DNA from: an uncultured Desulfobacterales bacterium
Lineage (GTDB): Bacteria > Desulfobacterota > Dissulfuribacteria > Dissulfuribacterales > QOAL01
Assembly (NCBI GenBank): GCA_964573615.1
Contig: CAZNKD010000065.1
Coordinates: forward strand, 5,843-69,842
Length of the DNA: 64,000 nucleotides
Direction: 5' to 3'
A program made the translations under genes and the position numbers. Below the pieces are notes generated by a model. It worked only from the letters and a program-made list of their open reading frames with translations, had not been told where the DNA came from and did not search any database. Every line of letters starts with the position of its first letter. Positions within the stretch are counted from its first letter, which is position 1. Positions 1-9,751 of the stretch are shown here, in pieces.

Positions 1-450
1 CCTTTTTGGGGGTGTCTCCGCCCTCTTCTCCTTGGCCCTTTTCCTCTTTGGGGATGTTGAAACCGCCTTTTTGACCGCCTTCTTTACCTTCGGCCTGGGC
101 CTTGGCTTTGGCTTGTTGACGGTTTTCTTGGGGGGCTTCTTCTCAACCTTCCTTTCCCTCTTTACCTGCTTTACAGGGGCCTTTTTCTTCTCCTCGACCT
201 TTCTCTTCTCCACCTTTGTCTCAGGAGCCTTGCGAACCTGCTCTCTTGCCGGCTCCTTCTTTGTAGGGGAAGGCCCGGGCCGCTGCTGCCTCTTGGGGCT
301 CGGCTCATAGCCGACGAGTTTCACATTATATATCTCGGCCCTCTTATTCGGCTTGAAGAGCTCCGGGAAATAGGCACTGCCTGCAAGGATGGTGACATGG
401 AGGCAGAAGGCTGCCAGGAATGCGATTATCCAAAGACGCTTAGATGTCAT
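1..450 (-). CDS. TolA/TonB-family energy transducer, N-terminal part (3' end runs off the window)
   Basis: My own minus-strand translation from the ATG at 450-448 gives MTSKRLWIIAFLAAFCLHVTILAG, a single TM anchor. A Lys/Pro/Glu-rich spacer follows (KPKPRPRPKVKK). It lies directly downstream of the tolQ/tolR-like genes. It is absent from the ORF track because no stop falls inside the window. Confidence 0.6.
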   Translation of the reverse strand, partial: MTSKRLWIIAFLAAFCLHVTILAGSAYFPELFKPNKRAEIYNVKLVGYEPSPKRQQRPGPSPTKKEPAREQVRKAPETKVEKRKVEEKKKAPVKQVKRERKVEKKPPKKTVNKPKPRPRPKVKKAVKKAVSTSPKRKRAKEKRAETPPKR

Positions 451-542
451 CTGGCCGCGGAGTTCTCCAAGTATTGCTGTTCATCGCAGTGCAAAAGGAA
501 AGTTAAAAAAGTGGCATTTTTGGGCCATCATGGAGCTGCCCA

Positions 543-1019
543 CTACTTCTTGCCATCCGCGCCTCCGGGTCCTTTTGTGTCAGCCCCTTTTTGCCTGACA
601 TCCCTTGGGCTGACCTCCTCAGGAGAGGTTACAAGGCCCAGATTGGTTATCCCGACCTCACGGATCGATGCCATGACCATGACCACCTTTCCATAAGGCA
701 CACTCCTGTCCGCCCTCAAAAGCACCTGTTTGAGCAGCCCGCTCGCCTTCATGGCGTGAAGACGCTGCTTCAGCTCATCGAGATCCAGGGTCTGGCCGTC
801 AAGATAGAGGTGGGCATCCCTGTCGAGGGTGACCTCAACATGCTTCTCCTCCTGGGGAAGGGACTTGGCCGTGGTCTCAGGAAGCTCTACATCCACCCCC
901 CTGGTCATCATCGGTGCAGTCACCATGAAGATGATGAGGAGCACCAGCATCACATCCACCAAGGGGGTTACGTTTATCTCTGAAAGAAGAGGCCCCTTCT
1001 TTCCTCCATTTCCTGCCAT
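543..1019 (-). CDS. tolR: ExbD/TolR-family biopolymer transport protein
   Basis: 158 aa. The N-terminal motif EINVTPLVDVMLVLLIIFMV is typical of ExbD/TolR. It follows a MotA/TolQ/ExbB gene. The Tol versus Exb assignment is not certain. Confidence 0.8.
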   Translation of the reverse strand: MAGNGGKKGPLLSEINVTPLVDVMLVLLIIFMVTAPMMTRGVDVELPETTAKSLPQEEKHVEVTLDRDAHLYLDGQTLDLDELKQRLHAMKASGLLKQVLLRADRSVPYGKVVMVMASIREVGITNLGLVTSPEEVSPRDVRQKGADTKGPGGADGKK

Positions 1020-1045
1020 GTGGTTTCCTCGGCTCTCTCCAGCTC

Positions 1046-1819
1046 CTAGGGATAGGACTGCCCTGTATCCTCATCATCGGACATGGATACGGGAGATTGC
1101 CCCTTCAGCCTCGGCCGCCTCGAGCCTCTGGGCGGGCTTTGCCCCCCTGACAGCCACTCCAGCTCCAGCCGGTTCAGCACCGCCTCCTTGAAGGATTCGA
1201 GCTCCTGTTCCATGCGCTGCAGCTTTGTCATGAAGAGATTGTATGAGATGACCGCGGGGATTGCGGCAGCCAGCCCGGCAGCAGTGGCGACCAGGGCCTC
1301 CGAGATGCCGGGGGCAACGGTTGCAAGGGAGGCGGAGCCCTTGAGCCCTATGCCATGAAAGCTCTTCATTATGCCCCAGACAGTGCCAAAAAGACCGATG
1401 AATGGGGCCGCATTGCCGGTGGTGGCCAGTACGGGCACTGCATACTCAAGATCCTTCATATCCAGTCTCAAGGTGCTGGTCATCTCCCTTTCCAGCATCT
1501 CGACCATGGCCGAGCCCGGGATCTTCCGGCTCGAGGAGCGGGCCCGTTCGAGCACCGACTTCATCCTTATCATAGCTGCAGAAAAGATCGCCGCCATAGG
1601 TGAGCGGTCCTGAAGACGCATGGCCCTCGACTCCAATCTCTCAAGGCTGGAGGTGGACTCGAAGAAGTAGAGGAACTCCTCGTTTTCCCGTTCGACCCTT
1701 TTTATATGAATAAACTTGACTATTATTATGGTCCAGCACAGGAGCGAGATTACCAGAAGGGCCACGAGCACGCCCATGACCACTGGCCCCGATCCTGCCA
1801 CCATATCCAATATTCCCAT
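1046..1819 (-). CDS. tolQ: MotA/TolQ/ExbB proton-channel protein
   Basis: 257 aa with a three-TM layout and the conserved stretch PFIGLFGTVWGIMKSF...APGISEALVATAAGL. The Tol versus Exb assignment is not certain. Confidence 0.8.
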   Translation of the reverse strand: MGILDMVAGSGPVVMGVLVALLVISLLCWTIIIVKFIHIKRVERENEEFLYFFESTSSLERLESRAMRLQDRSPMAAIFSAAMIRMKSVLERARSSSRKIPGSAMVEMLEREMTSTLRLDMKDLEYAVPVLATTGNAAPFIGLFGTVWGIMKSFHGIGLKGSASLATVAPGISEALVATAAGLAAAIPAVISYNLFMTKLQRMEQELESFKEAVLNRLELEWLSGGQSPPRGSRRPRLKGQSPVSMSDDEDTGQSYP

Positions 1820-1840
1820 ATCTTCTCTCTTCTCCTGACA

Positions 1841-2710
1841 CTATTTTTCCAGGAAGATGGGCTGCCCTTTTCCATCTCCTGGATGGGACGAGATTATTCC
1901 AGCCTGGCCGGCAAGCTGAAAAAGCTGCTCTACCGCCCTCCTGCCCTGCTCCCCCATGTCCAGGGTGAATTCGTTCACATAGAGCCCGATATGCTGCCTC
2001 ATGACATCTTCGGATATCTCCTGGGCATAGTCTCTTGCAAAGGAGAGCGAGGGGCCAGGCTCCTTCAATGCCGCCTCGATACTCCTTTTCAGCGCCTTGT
2101 CGAATCGCTTCAGCACGGAGGTGCCAAGGGCCCTCTTTCCAACTATGCATCCGAGCGGTATGGGGCTTCCTGTCTGCTCTTCCCACCACCTGCCGAGGTC
2201 CTCAACGGCAACAAGGCCCTTTTCCTGGTAGGTGAAGCGGCTCTCATGGATTATCAGACCCGCATCCACCTGGCCGGAGGCCACGGCATCGGGAATCTCG
2301 CTGAAGAGCATCTCCTCCAGGACCGGCTCCCTTGGACTCAAGGGCCTTTCATGTGCAAAAAAGAGCCTCAGAAGCAGGGCAGCCGTGGTATTGCGTCCAG
2401 GAATCGCCACCACCGGTTCAGCTACAGAGGCAAGATCCATACCTGGCCTGGTCAGCAGAAGGGGGCCGCAGCCCCGCCCAAGGGCTGCCCCGGAATTCAG
2501 GATCAGGTAATCGGAAAGGACCTTTCCTGCAAGGTGAAACGATACCTTTGTGATGTCCAGCCGGGAGGCAAGGGCCAACCGGTTGAGCTCCTCCACATCC
2601 CGAATCACGAACTCTGTCTCAAAGGGGAGCTCTATCCTGCCGGAAATGAGTCCGTGGAAGGCAAAGGTATCGTTTGGACACGGGGAGATGCCTATCCTGA
2701 GTCTTGACAT
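1841..2710 (-). CDS. mqnD: 1,4-dihydroxy-6-naphthoate synthase (futalosine pathway)
   Basis: 289 aa. The N-terminal RIGISPCPNDTFAFHGL motif is characteristic of MqnD (VitK2_biosynth fold). It sits adjacent to mqnB. Confidence 0.8.
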   Translation of the reverse strand: MSRLRIGISPCPNDTFAFHGLISGRIELPFETEFVIRDVEELNRLALASRLDITKVSFHLAGKVLSDYLILNSGAALGRGCGPLLLTRPGMDLASVAEPVVAIPGRNTTAALLLRLFFAHERPLSPREPVLEEMLFSEIPDAVASGQVDAGLIIHESRFTYQEKGLVAVEDLGRWWEEQTGSPIPLGCIVGKRALGTSVLKRFDKALKRSIEAALKEPGPSLSFARDYAQEISEDVMRQHIGLYVNEFTLDMGEQGRRAVEQLFQLAGQAGIISSHPGDGKGQPIFLEK

Positions 2711-2759
2711 GCTTGCCTTCTTGACGCCTTCAGACCTTTCATGCCCTTAATCCAGCGAA

Positions 2760-3494
2760 CTACCCCTTTACCAGGGCCTTTATGGCCTCTGAGCGCTCGA
2801 ACAGGGCGACAATAGCCGATCTCAAGAGAGAAAGCGCGCCCTCTATGTCCCATTTGGCGCGATCGGGCTCTCCAGCATAGTTGCTTATGGCCCTGATCTC
2901 AATGAAAGGGATATCATACTCCCTTGCAACCATGGCTGCAGCTGCCCCTTCCATATTCTCCACCCTGATCCGCGGCCTGCCCCTTCTCATGGCCTCTGCC
3001 CTCTGCATGCTCGCACTGGAACAGCACACGGTTCCAAATCCTGCAGACTTGAAAGAAAGGGCCTCTCTTATGGAATGCGGCACAAAGATGGAGGCATATT
3101 CAGACAGATCGAACTCGTAGGCCACCTGCCTTCCATCGATCTCTATGAAAGAAAAGGCATCATGGGAGCATCGGCCAAGATCCAGAAAGACCTCTTTCTC
3201 TGCCACCACCACGTCCAGGGGGCCTATCTCTTCATCTCCACCGGCGGGCAAGGGATCTCGGCCAGCCGCATGCCTGTAACATCCGGCGATCCCTGTCATG
3301 AGGATAAGCCTGGGCCTTGAGCCACTACCTGCTGCCCCACCCCCTGCCCTTTCCAAAAAGCGGCAGAGCTCAAGGGCAGTGCGAGCAGGACCTATTCCGC
3401 ACTCGAGAAGCGAGACATTTGACGGGAGATCGCCCGGCAGCTCCGCCCTTGTAGCTGCACAGATCAGGATATCAGCATAGGAGGCCACACTCAA
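2760..3494 (-). CDS. mqnB: Futalosine hydrolase (PNP/UDP/MTA nucleosidase fold)
   Basis: 244 aa with the nucleosidase motif VENMEGAAAAMVA...IRAISNYAG. It sits next to mqnD. Confidence 0.75.
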   Translation of the reverse strand: MSVASYADILICAATRAELPGDLPSNVSLLECGIGPARTALELCRFLERAGGGAAGSGSRPRLILMTGIAGCYRHAAGRDPLPAGGDEEIGPLDVVVAEKEVFLDLGRCSHDAFSFIEIDGRQVAYEFDLSEYASIFVPHSIREALSFKSAGFGTVCCSSASMQRAEAMRRGRPRIRVENMEGAAAAMVAREYDIPFIEIRAISNYAGEPDRAKWDIEGALSLLRSAIVALFERSEAIKALVKG

Positions 3495-3549
3495 AGTCCT
3501 TCCACTCTATCTCCTCTTGCGACTTGCCCTCTGACAGGGCAGAGGCGCT

Positions 3550-4074
3550 TCATCGGGTCGCCCCCAGTGGATCAGGGATCATCTCCATCAGCCTTCTTTC
3601 TATGAGCCAGGCAAGATAGAGCTCTCTTCCATACGTAGCCCGAAGTGCCTCAAGCTCCTCCGGCTCCATTGCCCCCGTGATCCTGGAGCAGAGATAGTTT
3701 ACGCAAAAGTGGTACCTCGCCTTCAGGGTGCAGCCCGAATCCCCCAAAAATATGCAGCACTCCTTGAAGGTGCGCTCCTTCTTCAGCTCTATTCCCATGA
3801 GCAGGTTCATGAGGAGCAGATAGGGGTCATACCAGTCGTCCACCCCTTGGCCGCAACATCCACCCCCAGGCTCCCTGGTTGCACAATTGTAGCAGATTTC
3901 AGGGATCCTGCCCCTGTGCATGAGCCCCCAGCTCTCCTCCACTGCCTGCCCGTAGGAGCGGAGGAGTCCGGCCAGCACAGGGTCTCCTTCCAGATCCTTC
4001 CTGTAGAGGGCGTGGAGCCTTTCGGCAAGGGCGATCTTCTCCCTTATGGGAAGCTCTCTGCCCACTCGGATCAC
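3550..4074 (-). CDS. Cys-cluster protein, YkgJ/UPF0153-like (CxxCxxCC type)
   Basis: 174 aa with CYNCATREPGGGCC and CIFLGDSGCTLKARYHFCVNYLC patterns. Its start overlaps the stop of the upstream kinase by 4 nt (ATGA). Confidence 0.55.
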   Translation of the reverse strand: MIRVGRELPIREKIALAERLHALYRKDLEGDPVLAGLLRSYGQAVEESWGLMHRGRIPEICYNCATREPGGGCCGQGVDDWYDPYLLLMNLLMGIELKKERTFKECCIFLGDSGCTLKARYHFCVNYLCSRITGAMEPEELEALRATYGRELYLAWLIERRLMEMIPDPLGATR

Positions 4075-6077
4075 CCTCCATCCCTCGAAAGGGAGCCTGG
4101 CTCCACACCAAATATGGAAGATATGGCCTCTTCGAGATCGCTTCGAGAAAAGGGTTTTCTCAGAAAGGCAGACATGTGCCCCTCAGGGATCTTTCCGATC
4201 ACATTCCGTTTCTCATAGCCGCTGATCACCATTATGGGCACCCGGGAGTTCAGGCCGCGGATATGGCGCAGCAGCTCGAAACCATCTATCTCTGGCATCA
4301 GAAGATCCAGGATCACCAGATCTATCTCATCCTTTCTCCTAACGAACAGCTCGAGCCCCTCCCGGCCGTTTGCAGCAAAAATCGTCCGGAAGTTCAGGTC
4401 CTCGAGATAGTTCTCCAGCAGTTCCCTCACCAACACCTCATCATCTATGACGAGCACGAGCGGGCGGCGCTCCTGGAGCTTTATGGCCTGTTCCTTTACG
4501 AGTCTGGCAAGGCTGTCTGTGCCGAAGACAGGCAGGTAGATGGTTACAGTAGTCCCCTGCCCCTGGGCCGTCTCCAGCTCCAGGGCGCCTTGATGCCCCT
4601 TGACGATGCCGAGGGTTGCAGGAAGCCCGAGCCCCCTTCCGGTGAACTTGGTGGAAAAGAATGGATCGAAGGCCTTGTCCTCCACGTCCGGGGCCATTCC
4701 GCATCCGGTATCGGAGACCTTTATGAAGCAGTATGTCCCCGGCACCGCCTCGTCTCCGCCTATAGTGTTCTGGAAAAGCGCGCCATCCGCCTCTATGCGG
4801 CCCGCCTCTATGGTAATGGTCCCCCTCTTGTCTCCGATGGCCTCTGCTGCGTTCGTTATGATGTTCACAAGCGCCTGGAGGAGCTGGTTCCTGTCCGCCT
4901 CCACCCGCAGATCCCCTGGGTCTATCCTGTACTCGAAGCGGATCTTCTTGGAGGCCGTGGCCTCGATGATTGGGCCGGCATCCCTTATCAATTCAGACAG
5001 CTCCACCTCCTCCTTGGACAGGAGCGAGAGCCCGGAAAAGGCCAGCATCTGTCCGGTGAGATCGGCAGCACGCCTGGCCGAACCCTCGATCCTGTCCACA
5101 TATTTCAGGATCTCCAGGTTGCCCTGCCCTTTGAGCTTGATGAGCTCGGAAAAGCCGAGGATGGCCATGAGGATGTTGTTGAAGTCATGGGCGATACCGC
5201 CAGCCAGTATCCCGAGGCTCTCGTAGCGCTGACTGGCGATGAGGCGCTCCTGGAGCCTCCGAGCCTCCTCCTCCGCCCTCTTCTTCTCTGTTATGTCCCG
5301 GAAAATGCCCCTGGTGTTCACGAGCCTGCCATTTTCAAAGCGGCCGTTTACGCTCCCTTCGAGGTACACGGTCCGGCCATCCTTGGCGATGAAGGCGGTC
5401 TCGAACCTGGACAGGGCCTTTCCCTCAAGGAGCATGGAGTACATCTGCTGGCAGTGCTCCATACACTCACTGCTTATGAGATCCCAGAATTTCAATCCCT
5501 TTATATCGTCATCGCTATAGCCCAGGGTCTCCTTCCAGGCCCTGTTGACATAGAGGATGGAGCCGTCTGGCCCAACGCACTGGATGAGATCGTTTGCATG
5601 TTCCACGAGATCCAAAAGGTCCACCTGCCTGAGGGCGGTATCGGAAAGTTGTTCCCGGCATAGCAGACAGAGGAAATGTGGGGCCGTGCCCTGATCAGCG
5701 TCCAGACCAGCTATGGTGGAGGCGGCATCTTCGTCCAGCTTTTCCACGTGGCATGTGTACCCCTTTCCTGCAAGGGATACGCGCAGGGTGTAACTGGTCT
5801 CTTCAGGCCCTCTGGAGGCATGCTCGTCAAGCTCCTCGGTTGCACCTTCAAAGAGCCCCTTTAGCTCCCTGCCGGACAGTGCCGATCTATCGCGGCCCAA
5901 GAGCTCGGAAAGGGTGCTGTTGGCCAGGACTATCCTCTTTTCCCCGTCCAAGATGGCCGCAGGGACAGGGATGAGATCGACAAACAATCCCCCAGAGGTT
6001 ATGGCCTTATTCCTTTCAGGCTCCATAATGCGTCTTTCTTCGTATGATGCCCCTTTGAAGGCAAGGTCGATGCACAT
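4071..6077 (-). CDS. Hybrid PAS sensor histidine kinase with C-terminal receiver domain
   Basis: 668 aa. It has a PAS region and the H-box IAHDFNNILMAILGF. HATPase G-boxes are DTGCGM and GRGLGL. The receiver carries VLVIDDE...DLVILDLLMPEIDG...KPF. Confidence 0.9.
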   Translation of the reverse strand: MCIDLAFKGASYEERRIMEPERNKAITSGGLFVDLIPVPAAILDGEKRIVLANSTLSELLGRDRSALSGRELKGLFEGATEELDEHASRGPEETSYTLRVSLAGKGYTCHVEKLDEDAASTIAGLDADQGTAPHFLCLLCREQLSDTALRQVDLLDLVEHANDLIQCVGPDGSILYVNRAWKETLGYSDDDIKGLKFWDLISSECMEHCQQMYSMLLEGKALSRFETAFIAKDGRTVYLEGSVNGRFENGRLVNTRGIFRDITEKKRAEEEARRLQERLIASQRYESLGILAGGIAHDFNNILMAILGFSELIKLKGQGNLEILKYVDRIEGSARRAADLTGQMLAFSGLSLLSKEEVELSELIRDAGPIIEATASKKIRFEYRIDPGDLRVEADRNQLLQALVNIITNAAEAIGDKRGTITIEAGRIEADGALFQNTIGGDEAVPGTYCFIKVSDTGCGMAPDVEDKAFDPFFSTKFTGRGLGLPATLGIVKGHQGALELETAQGQGTTVTIYLPVFGTDSLARLVKEQAIKLQERRPLVLVIDDEVLVRELLENYLEDLNFRTIFAANGREGLELFVRRKDEIDLVILDLLMPEIDGFELLRHIRGLNSRVPIMVISGYEKRNVIGKIPEGHMSAFLRKPFSRSDLEEAISSIFGVEPGSLSRDGG

Positions 6078-6477
6078 TTAAAAAAGCCACCTGCCCCAGG
6101 CGGATCTTTCATGTGGCGGCAGGCCCTTCCTGGTGCGCCAAGATCGCAGGTGCACCAAAATCGAATTGTCTTTTTTGTCTCTTTGCTCTCTAATGATCCC
6201 GCAAAAAGGCATTCAGGGACCATGGCCAGATGCCACCCTCAACATAACACGCTCTTTGGCCGCCTGCCAGCCAACTAAAGATTGCCCTGAAACCGGCTTT
6301 GGACTAAATTGGGCTGCTGACTTCCCTGTTTTTCAGGGCCCGAGGCCGAAACAGGCGGCTTTTGGCAGGCACCGAATAGGCCTGCCAGCCCTTGCCTCAT
6401 CGGAAGAAACAGGCCCCGGGGAAGAATTTCAGCGAAGATCAAAAAAGACGTTCCATCAGGAGCAGAAAGAAGAGAAT

Positions 6478-7386
6478 ATGCCCCTTGACCATCTGAAGAA
6501 GAGAATAGACAAGGCCCTCAAAAAGGGCCAGGAAGGAAGCGCCATCCAGCCTGTCAGGCTCGAGAAGGACAGCACCTTCAAATTCCAGTGCCATCCAGGC
6601 GTCAGCTGTTTCACAAAGTGCTGCCGCAACATGAATATAATCCTCACGCCATACGACATCATCAGGCTGAAGCAGCGGCTGGGTCTTACGTCCGACCTCT
6701 TTCTGCGCCTCTATACAAAGCCAGAACTGCTCGGGATCACCGGGGTTCCTGTGGCCCGGCTGCTAATGATGGAGGAGCGGGGAGGAAAGTGCCCCTTTGT
6801 CACGGAAAAGGGGTGCCAGGTCTACAGCGACCGGCCTGTCTGCTGCCGCTACTATCCTATCGGCCTTGCAAGCCTCAGACAGCAGGAAAAGAGTGCAGGA
6901 GAAGAGGAGGAGTTCTTCTTCCTCATCAAGGAGGATCACTGCAAGGGCTTTGAGGAGCCGGTGGAGTGGACGGTGGAGTCCTGGCGTGAGGATCAGGAGT
7001 CGGACTTCTACGACCGGATGAACAGGGAGTGGATGGAGCTGCTGCTTAGAAAGCGCTCCTTTGGGGAGGAGACCGAGATGCCGGAGCGGGCAAAGGAGCT
7101 GTTCTACATGGTCTCCACCAACATGGAGCGGTTCCGCCAGTTCGTTTTCGGAAGCCGCTTCCTGGACACCTACATCGTAGATGGAAAGCTCCTGAGAAAG
7201 ATCCTCGAAGACGATGTGGAACTCATGCAGTTCGGCTTCGAGTACCTGAAGGTGGCGATCTTCGGGGCCGAATCCGACATCATGAAGCTCAAAGAGGATA
7301 TCCTGGATGCCACGGTGAAACAGATCATCAAACGGAGGAAGAAGAGGAGGCGCAGGCTCGAAAGGCTGGCTAAGGGGCGTAAATAG
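6478..7386 (+). CDS. YkgJ/UPF0153-family zinc/iron-chelating Cys-cluster protein with a basic C-terminal tail
   Basis: Motifs are FKFQCHPGVSCFTKCCRN and GKCPFVTEKGCQVYSDRPVCCRYYP. I place the start at the internal ATG 6478 (MPLDHLKK) because the 115 upstream codons do not look protein-like. Confidence 0.7.
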   Translation: MPLDHLKKRIDKALKKGQEGSAIQPVRLEKDSTFKFQCHPGVSCFTKCCRNMNIILTPYDIIRLKQRLGLTSDLFLRLYTKPELLGITGVPVARLLMMEERGGKCPFVTEKGCQVYSDRPVCCRYYPIGLASLRQQEKSAGEEEEFFFLIKEDHCKGFEEPVEWTVESWREDQESDFYDRMNREWMELLLRKRSFGEETEMPERAKELFYMVSTNMERFRQFVFGSRFLDTYIVDGKLLRKILEDDVELMQFGFEYLKVAIFGAESDIMKLKEDILDATVKQIIKRRKKRRRRLERLAKGRK

Positions 7387-7458
7387 AACCGGCAGGGGCC
7401 TTTTCCGGCCACGCACCAGCCATTAGCCACCGCGGCCTTCCTTTGGAGAAAAGCCCAG

Positions 7459-8259
7459 GTGGAGATCGGCCTTAAAAACATCACCTTTCGCTACCAAGAG
7501 GCCAGAAATCCAGTATTCACACAACTGAGTGCCAGGCTCAGCCTCAAGGGTTTCAATGCGTTCTTCGGCCTTTCCGGCTCAGGAAAGAGCACCCTTGCAC
7601 GTCTGATAGCCGGGCTAGAAAGCCCGTGCTCAGGCTCCATAGAGATGGCCAGAGGGGCAAGCAGCAGCAGGGGCATCCTGTACTCCTGGAACGGGGAGAG
7701 ACTTCCTGGCTGGCAGCGGATCATAGACCACCTGCACAGGGTGACCCCGGAGGAATCCTACGGGCTTCTCGATGAATTGACCAAACAGTTCGGGATAGAG
7801 GACCTGCTGCTACACCGGTTCAGCAGGCTCTCCATGGGCCAGAAGAACAGGGTCAACCTCGTGCGTTATCTGGTGCAGGACTCCGGCCTTCTCATCATGG
7901 ACGAGGTACTGGCCAATGTGGACGAGCCCATGAGACACCACATCCTGGCCTGCATAAAGAGGACCTTTCCGGACAGGGACATCGTCTATATCGCCCACAG
8001 TGCAGCAGAGGTGGCCGCCTTTGCGGCAAGGGTCTTCATCCTTCCTCAGCCTGGCGAGGAGGGCATATCCTCAATCATGGAGGCAGAAGGCCTGGATCTT
8101 GGGGAGATCCAGGAAATAGACCAAAGGACCCAGGAGCTCATCCGGCAAAAGAGCATGGAGCTCCTTGAAAAGGCGTCCTCCTCGACTCTCCTGAACCCGT
8201 TTGCGCAGGGGCAGACCTCCAGGCCAGCGGCAAGTATAGATGGGAGGGACGGCCTTTGA
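7459..8259 (+). CDS. ABC transporter ATP-binding protein
   Basis: 266 aa with Walker A GLSGSGKST, signature LSMGQKNRV and Walker B LLIMDE. Confidence 0.9.
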   Translation: MEIGLKNITFRYQEARNPVFTQLSARLSLKGFNAFFGLSGSGKSTLARLIAGLESPCSGSIEMARGASSSRGILYSWNGERLPGWQRIIDHLHRVTPEESYGLLDELTKQFGIEDLLLHRFSRLSMGQKNRVNLVRYLVQDSGLLIMDEVLANVDEPMRHHILACIKRTFPDRDIVYIAHSAAEVAAFAARVFILPQPGEEGISSIMEAEGLDLGEIQEIDQRTQELIRQKSMELLEKASSSTLLNPFAQGQTSRPAASIDGRDGL

Positions 8260-8993
8260 GGATATTCCAGTTCCTTGCCATCTATCTCGTTGGCCTGGCA
8301 CTGCTCTTTGGTGCCAAGTTCGCATTTCAGCTATCCGATTACCTGGTCCCAAACCCCCTGGAGTTGATCCTTTTTGCAAGAAAGGAGGGGCGAGTCTTCA
8401 TGGAAGCGGCAGCCAACACGACCATGGTCGCCATCGCGGGCCATGGATGCTCACTCCTGCTTGCAGCAGCGGTCGCCTTCATATCCAGGGGCGCAAACAC
8501 CATCGGGCAGCTGGTGAAGACCGCCGCCTACAATCTCCAGGCCTATCCAGTGGTGGCCCTTGCGCCCATCGTCTTCATATTCCTGGGGGATGGGCTTGCA
8601 AGCCGACTGCTGATAGCTGCCATCATCTGCTATTTTCCACTCCTTCTGAACTTTCTTGGGGTCTTTGCAACGCCGGTACAGGAGGTGGAGCTCTTCTTTC
8701 AGCAGACAGGAAGGCTGGGCCCTGTGTTGGAGGTCAAGATACGCGTCTTCGAAAATCTTCAAAAGATCGTGACGGTCGTTGCAGGCAGCAGCACCCTGGC
8801 CATGGTGGGGACCATAGTGGCCGAATTCCTGGCGGCCTCCAACGGGATAGGCTACTTGATAAGAAAGGCCCTCTATCAGAACAACCTGAATGCGATATTG
8901 ACGGCCCTATTCTGTATCGGGCTCTTCTCCTCCGGATACTTCTGGACGATCGAGTGGGCAGGAGAGAGGATCAGAAAAGAGCTGTCCGGCTGA
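8256..8993 (+). CDS. ABC transporter permease (NitT/TauT-like)
   Basis: 245 aa and polytopic hydrophobic. It overlaps the ATPase stop by 4 nt. Confidence 0.8.
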   Translation: MRIFQFLAIYLVGLALLFGAKFAFQLSDYLVPNPLELILFARKEGRVFMEAAANTTMVAIAGHGCSLLLAAAVAFISRGANTIGQLVKTAAYNLQAYPVVALAPIVFIFLGDGLASRLLIAAIICYFPLLLNFLGVFATPVQEVELFFQQTGRLGPVLEVKIRVFENLQKIVTVVAGSSTLAMVGTIVAEFLAASNGIGYLIRKALYQNNLNAILTALFCIGLFSSGYFWTIEWAGERIRKELSG

Positions 8994-9112
8994 ACCCTCG
9001 GCTGCAGCCATCCAGGATCTATCTGTCGAGCTTTTCTCGAAACACGGCACAGGCAACCGCGTGACAACCGGAAGGAGTACCTTCGGCAGATAAGCTCAAA
9101 CCTGCACCCGCC

Positions 9113-9751
9113 CTACTCGATCAGATGGCCTATCCGGGAAAGCCTCGGGAGATGCTCCTTTGAATCCCAGCTCCAATAGATGATGAAGGCCTTGCCCTTT
9201 ACATCCTTTATGGGCACAAAGCCCCAGAAACGGCTGTCGAAGCTCTGATCCCTGTTGTCCCCCATGACAAAGAGATTGCCTTCGGGCACGGTGACAGGGC
9301 CCATGTTGTCTCTTGGCTGCACGCCGGCAGGGATGATGTTGGGATCAGTGTGCTGCACCCCGGGCGGGTCCGGAAAGGGCTCGCCATTTACCAACACCTT
9401 CTTGTTGATGATCTGGACCGTATCACCAGGCACCCCGATCACCCGCTTTATGAAATCCTTCTTCCTGTCCATTGGAAAGATGAAGACGATCACATCGCCC
9501 CTTTCCGGCTCCCCGAAATCGATCCACTCCGTCCTGGTAATGGGGTTTCTGACACCATAGATGAACTTGTTCACCAGGATATGGTCCCCGATGAGCAAGG
9601 TCTTGATCATGGAACCTGAGGGGATCTTGAAGGCCTGCACCACGAAAGTCCTTATGAAGAGCGCAAGGACAAGGGCGATCAGTATGGCCTGGGCATACTC
9701 CTTGACCACCTCGACCCATTTAAGCTGGGGGATTTCTTCTCTATGCTTCAT
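9113..9751 (-). CDS. lepB: Signal peptidase I
   Basis: Catalytic motifs are IPSGSM (Ser), GDHILVNKF (Lys region) and GDNRDQSFDSRFWG. The start is placed at MKHREE; the ORF track extends it to 9775. Confidence 0.9.
   Translation of the reverse strand: MKHREEIPQLKWVEVVKEYAQAILIALVLALFIRTFVVQAFKIPSGSMIKTLLIGDHILVNKFIYGVRNPITRTEWIDFGEPERGDVIVFIFPMDRKKDFIKRVIGVPGDTVQIINKKVLVNGEPFPDPPGVQHTDPNIIPAGVQPRDNMGPVTVPEGNLFVMGDNRDQSFDSRFWGFVPIKDVKGKAFIIYWSWDSKEHLPRLSRIGHLIE

Noticed and set aside
4176-5663. 495-aa ORF on the plus strand
   Set aside because: It lies antisense to the hybrid histidine kinase, whose H-box, ATPase and receiver motifs are unambiguous. It is a shadow ORF.
6133-6477. 115-codon 5' extension of the YkgJ-like ORF; also the 400-bp divergent region, examined for an sRNA
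   Set aside because: The extension has non-protein-like composition and no SD. The hairpins in the region are short (5-7 bp) and have no U-tract. The internal ATG at 6478 is preferred as the start.
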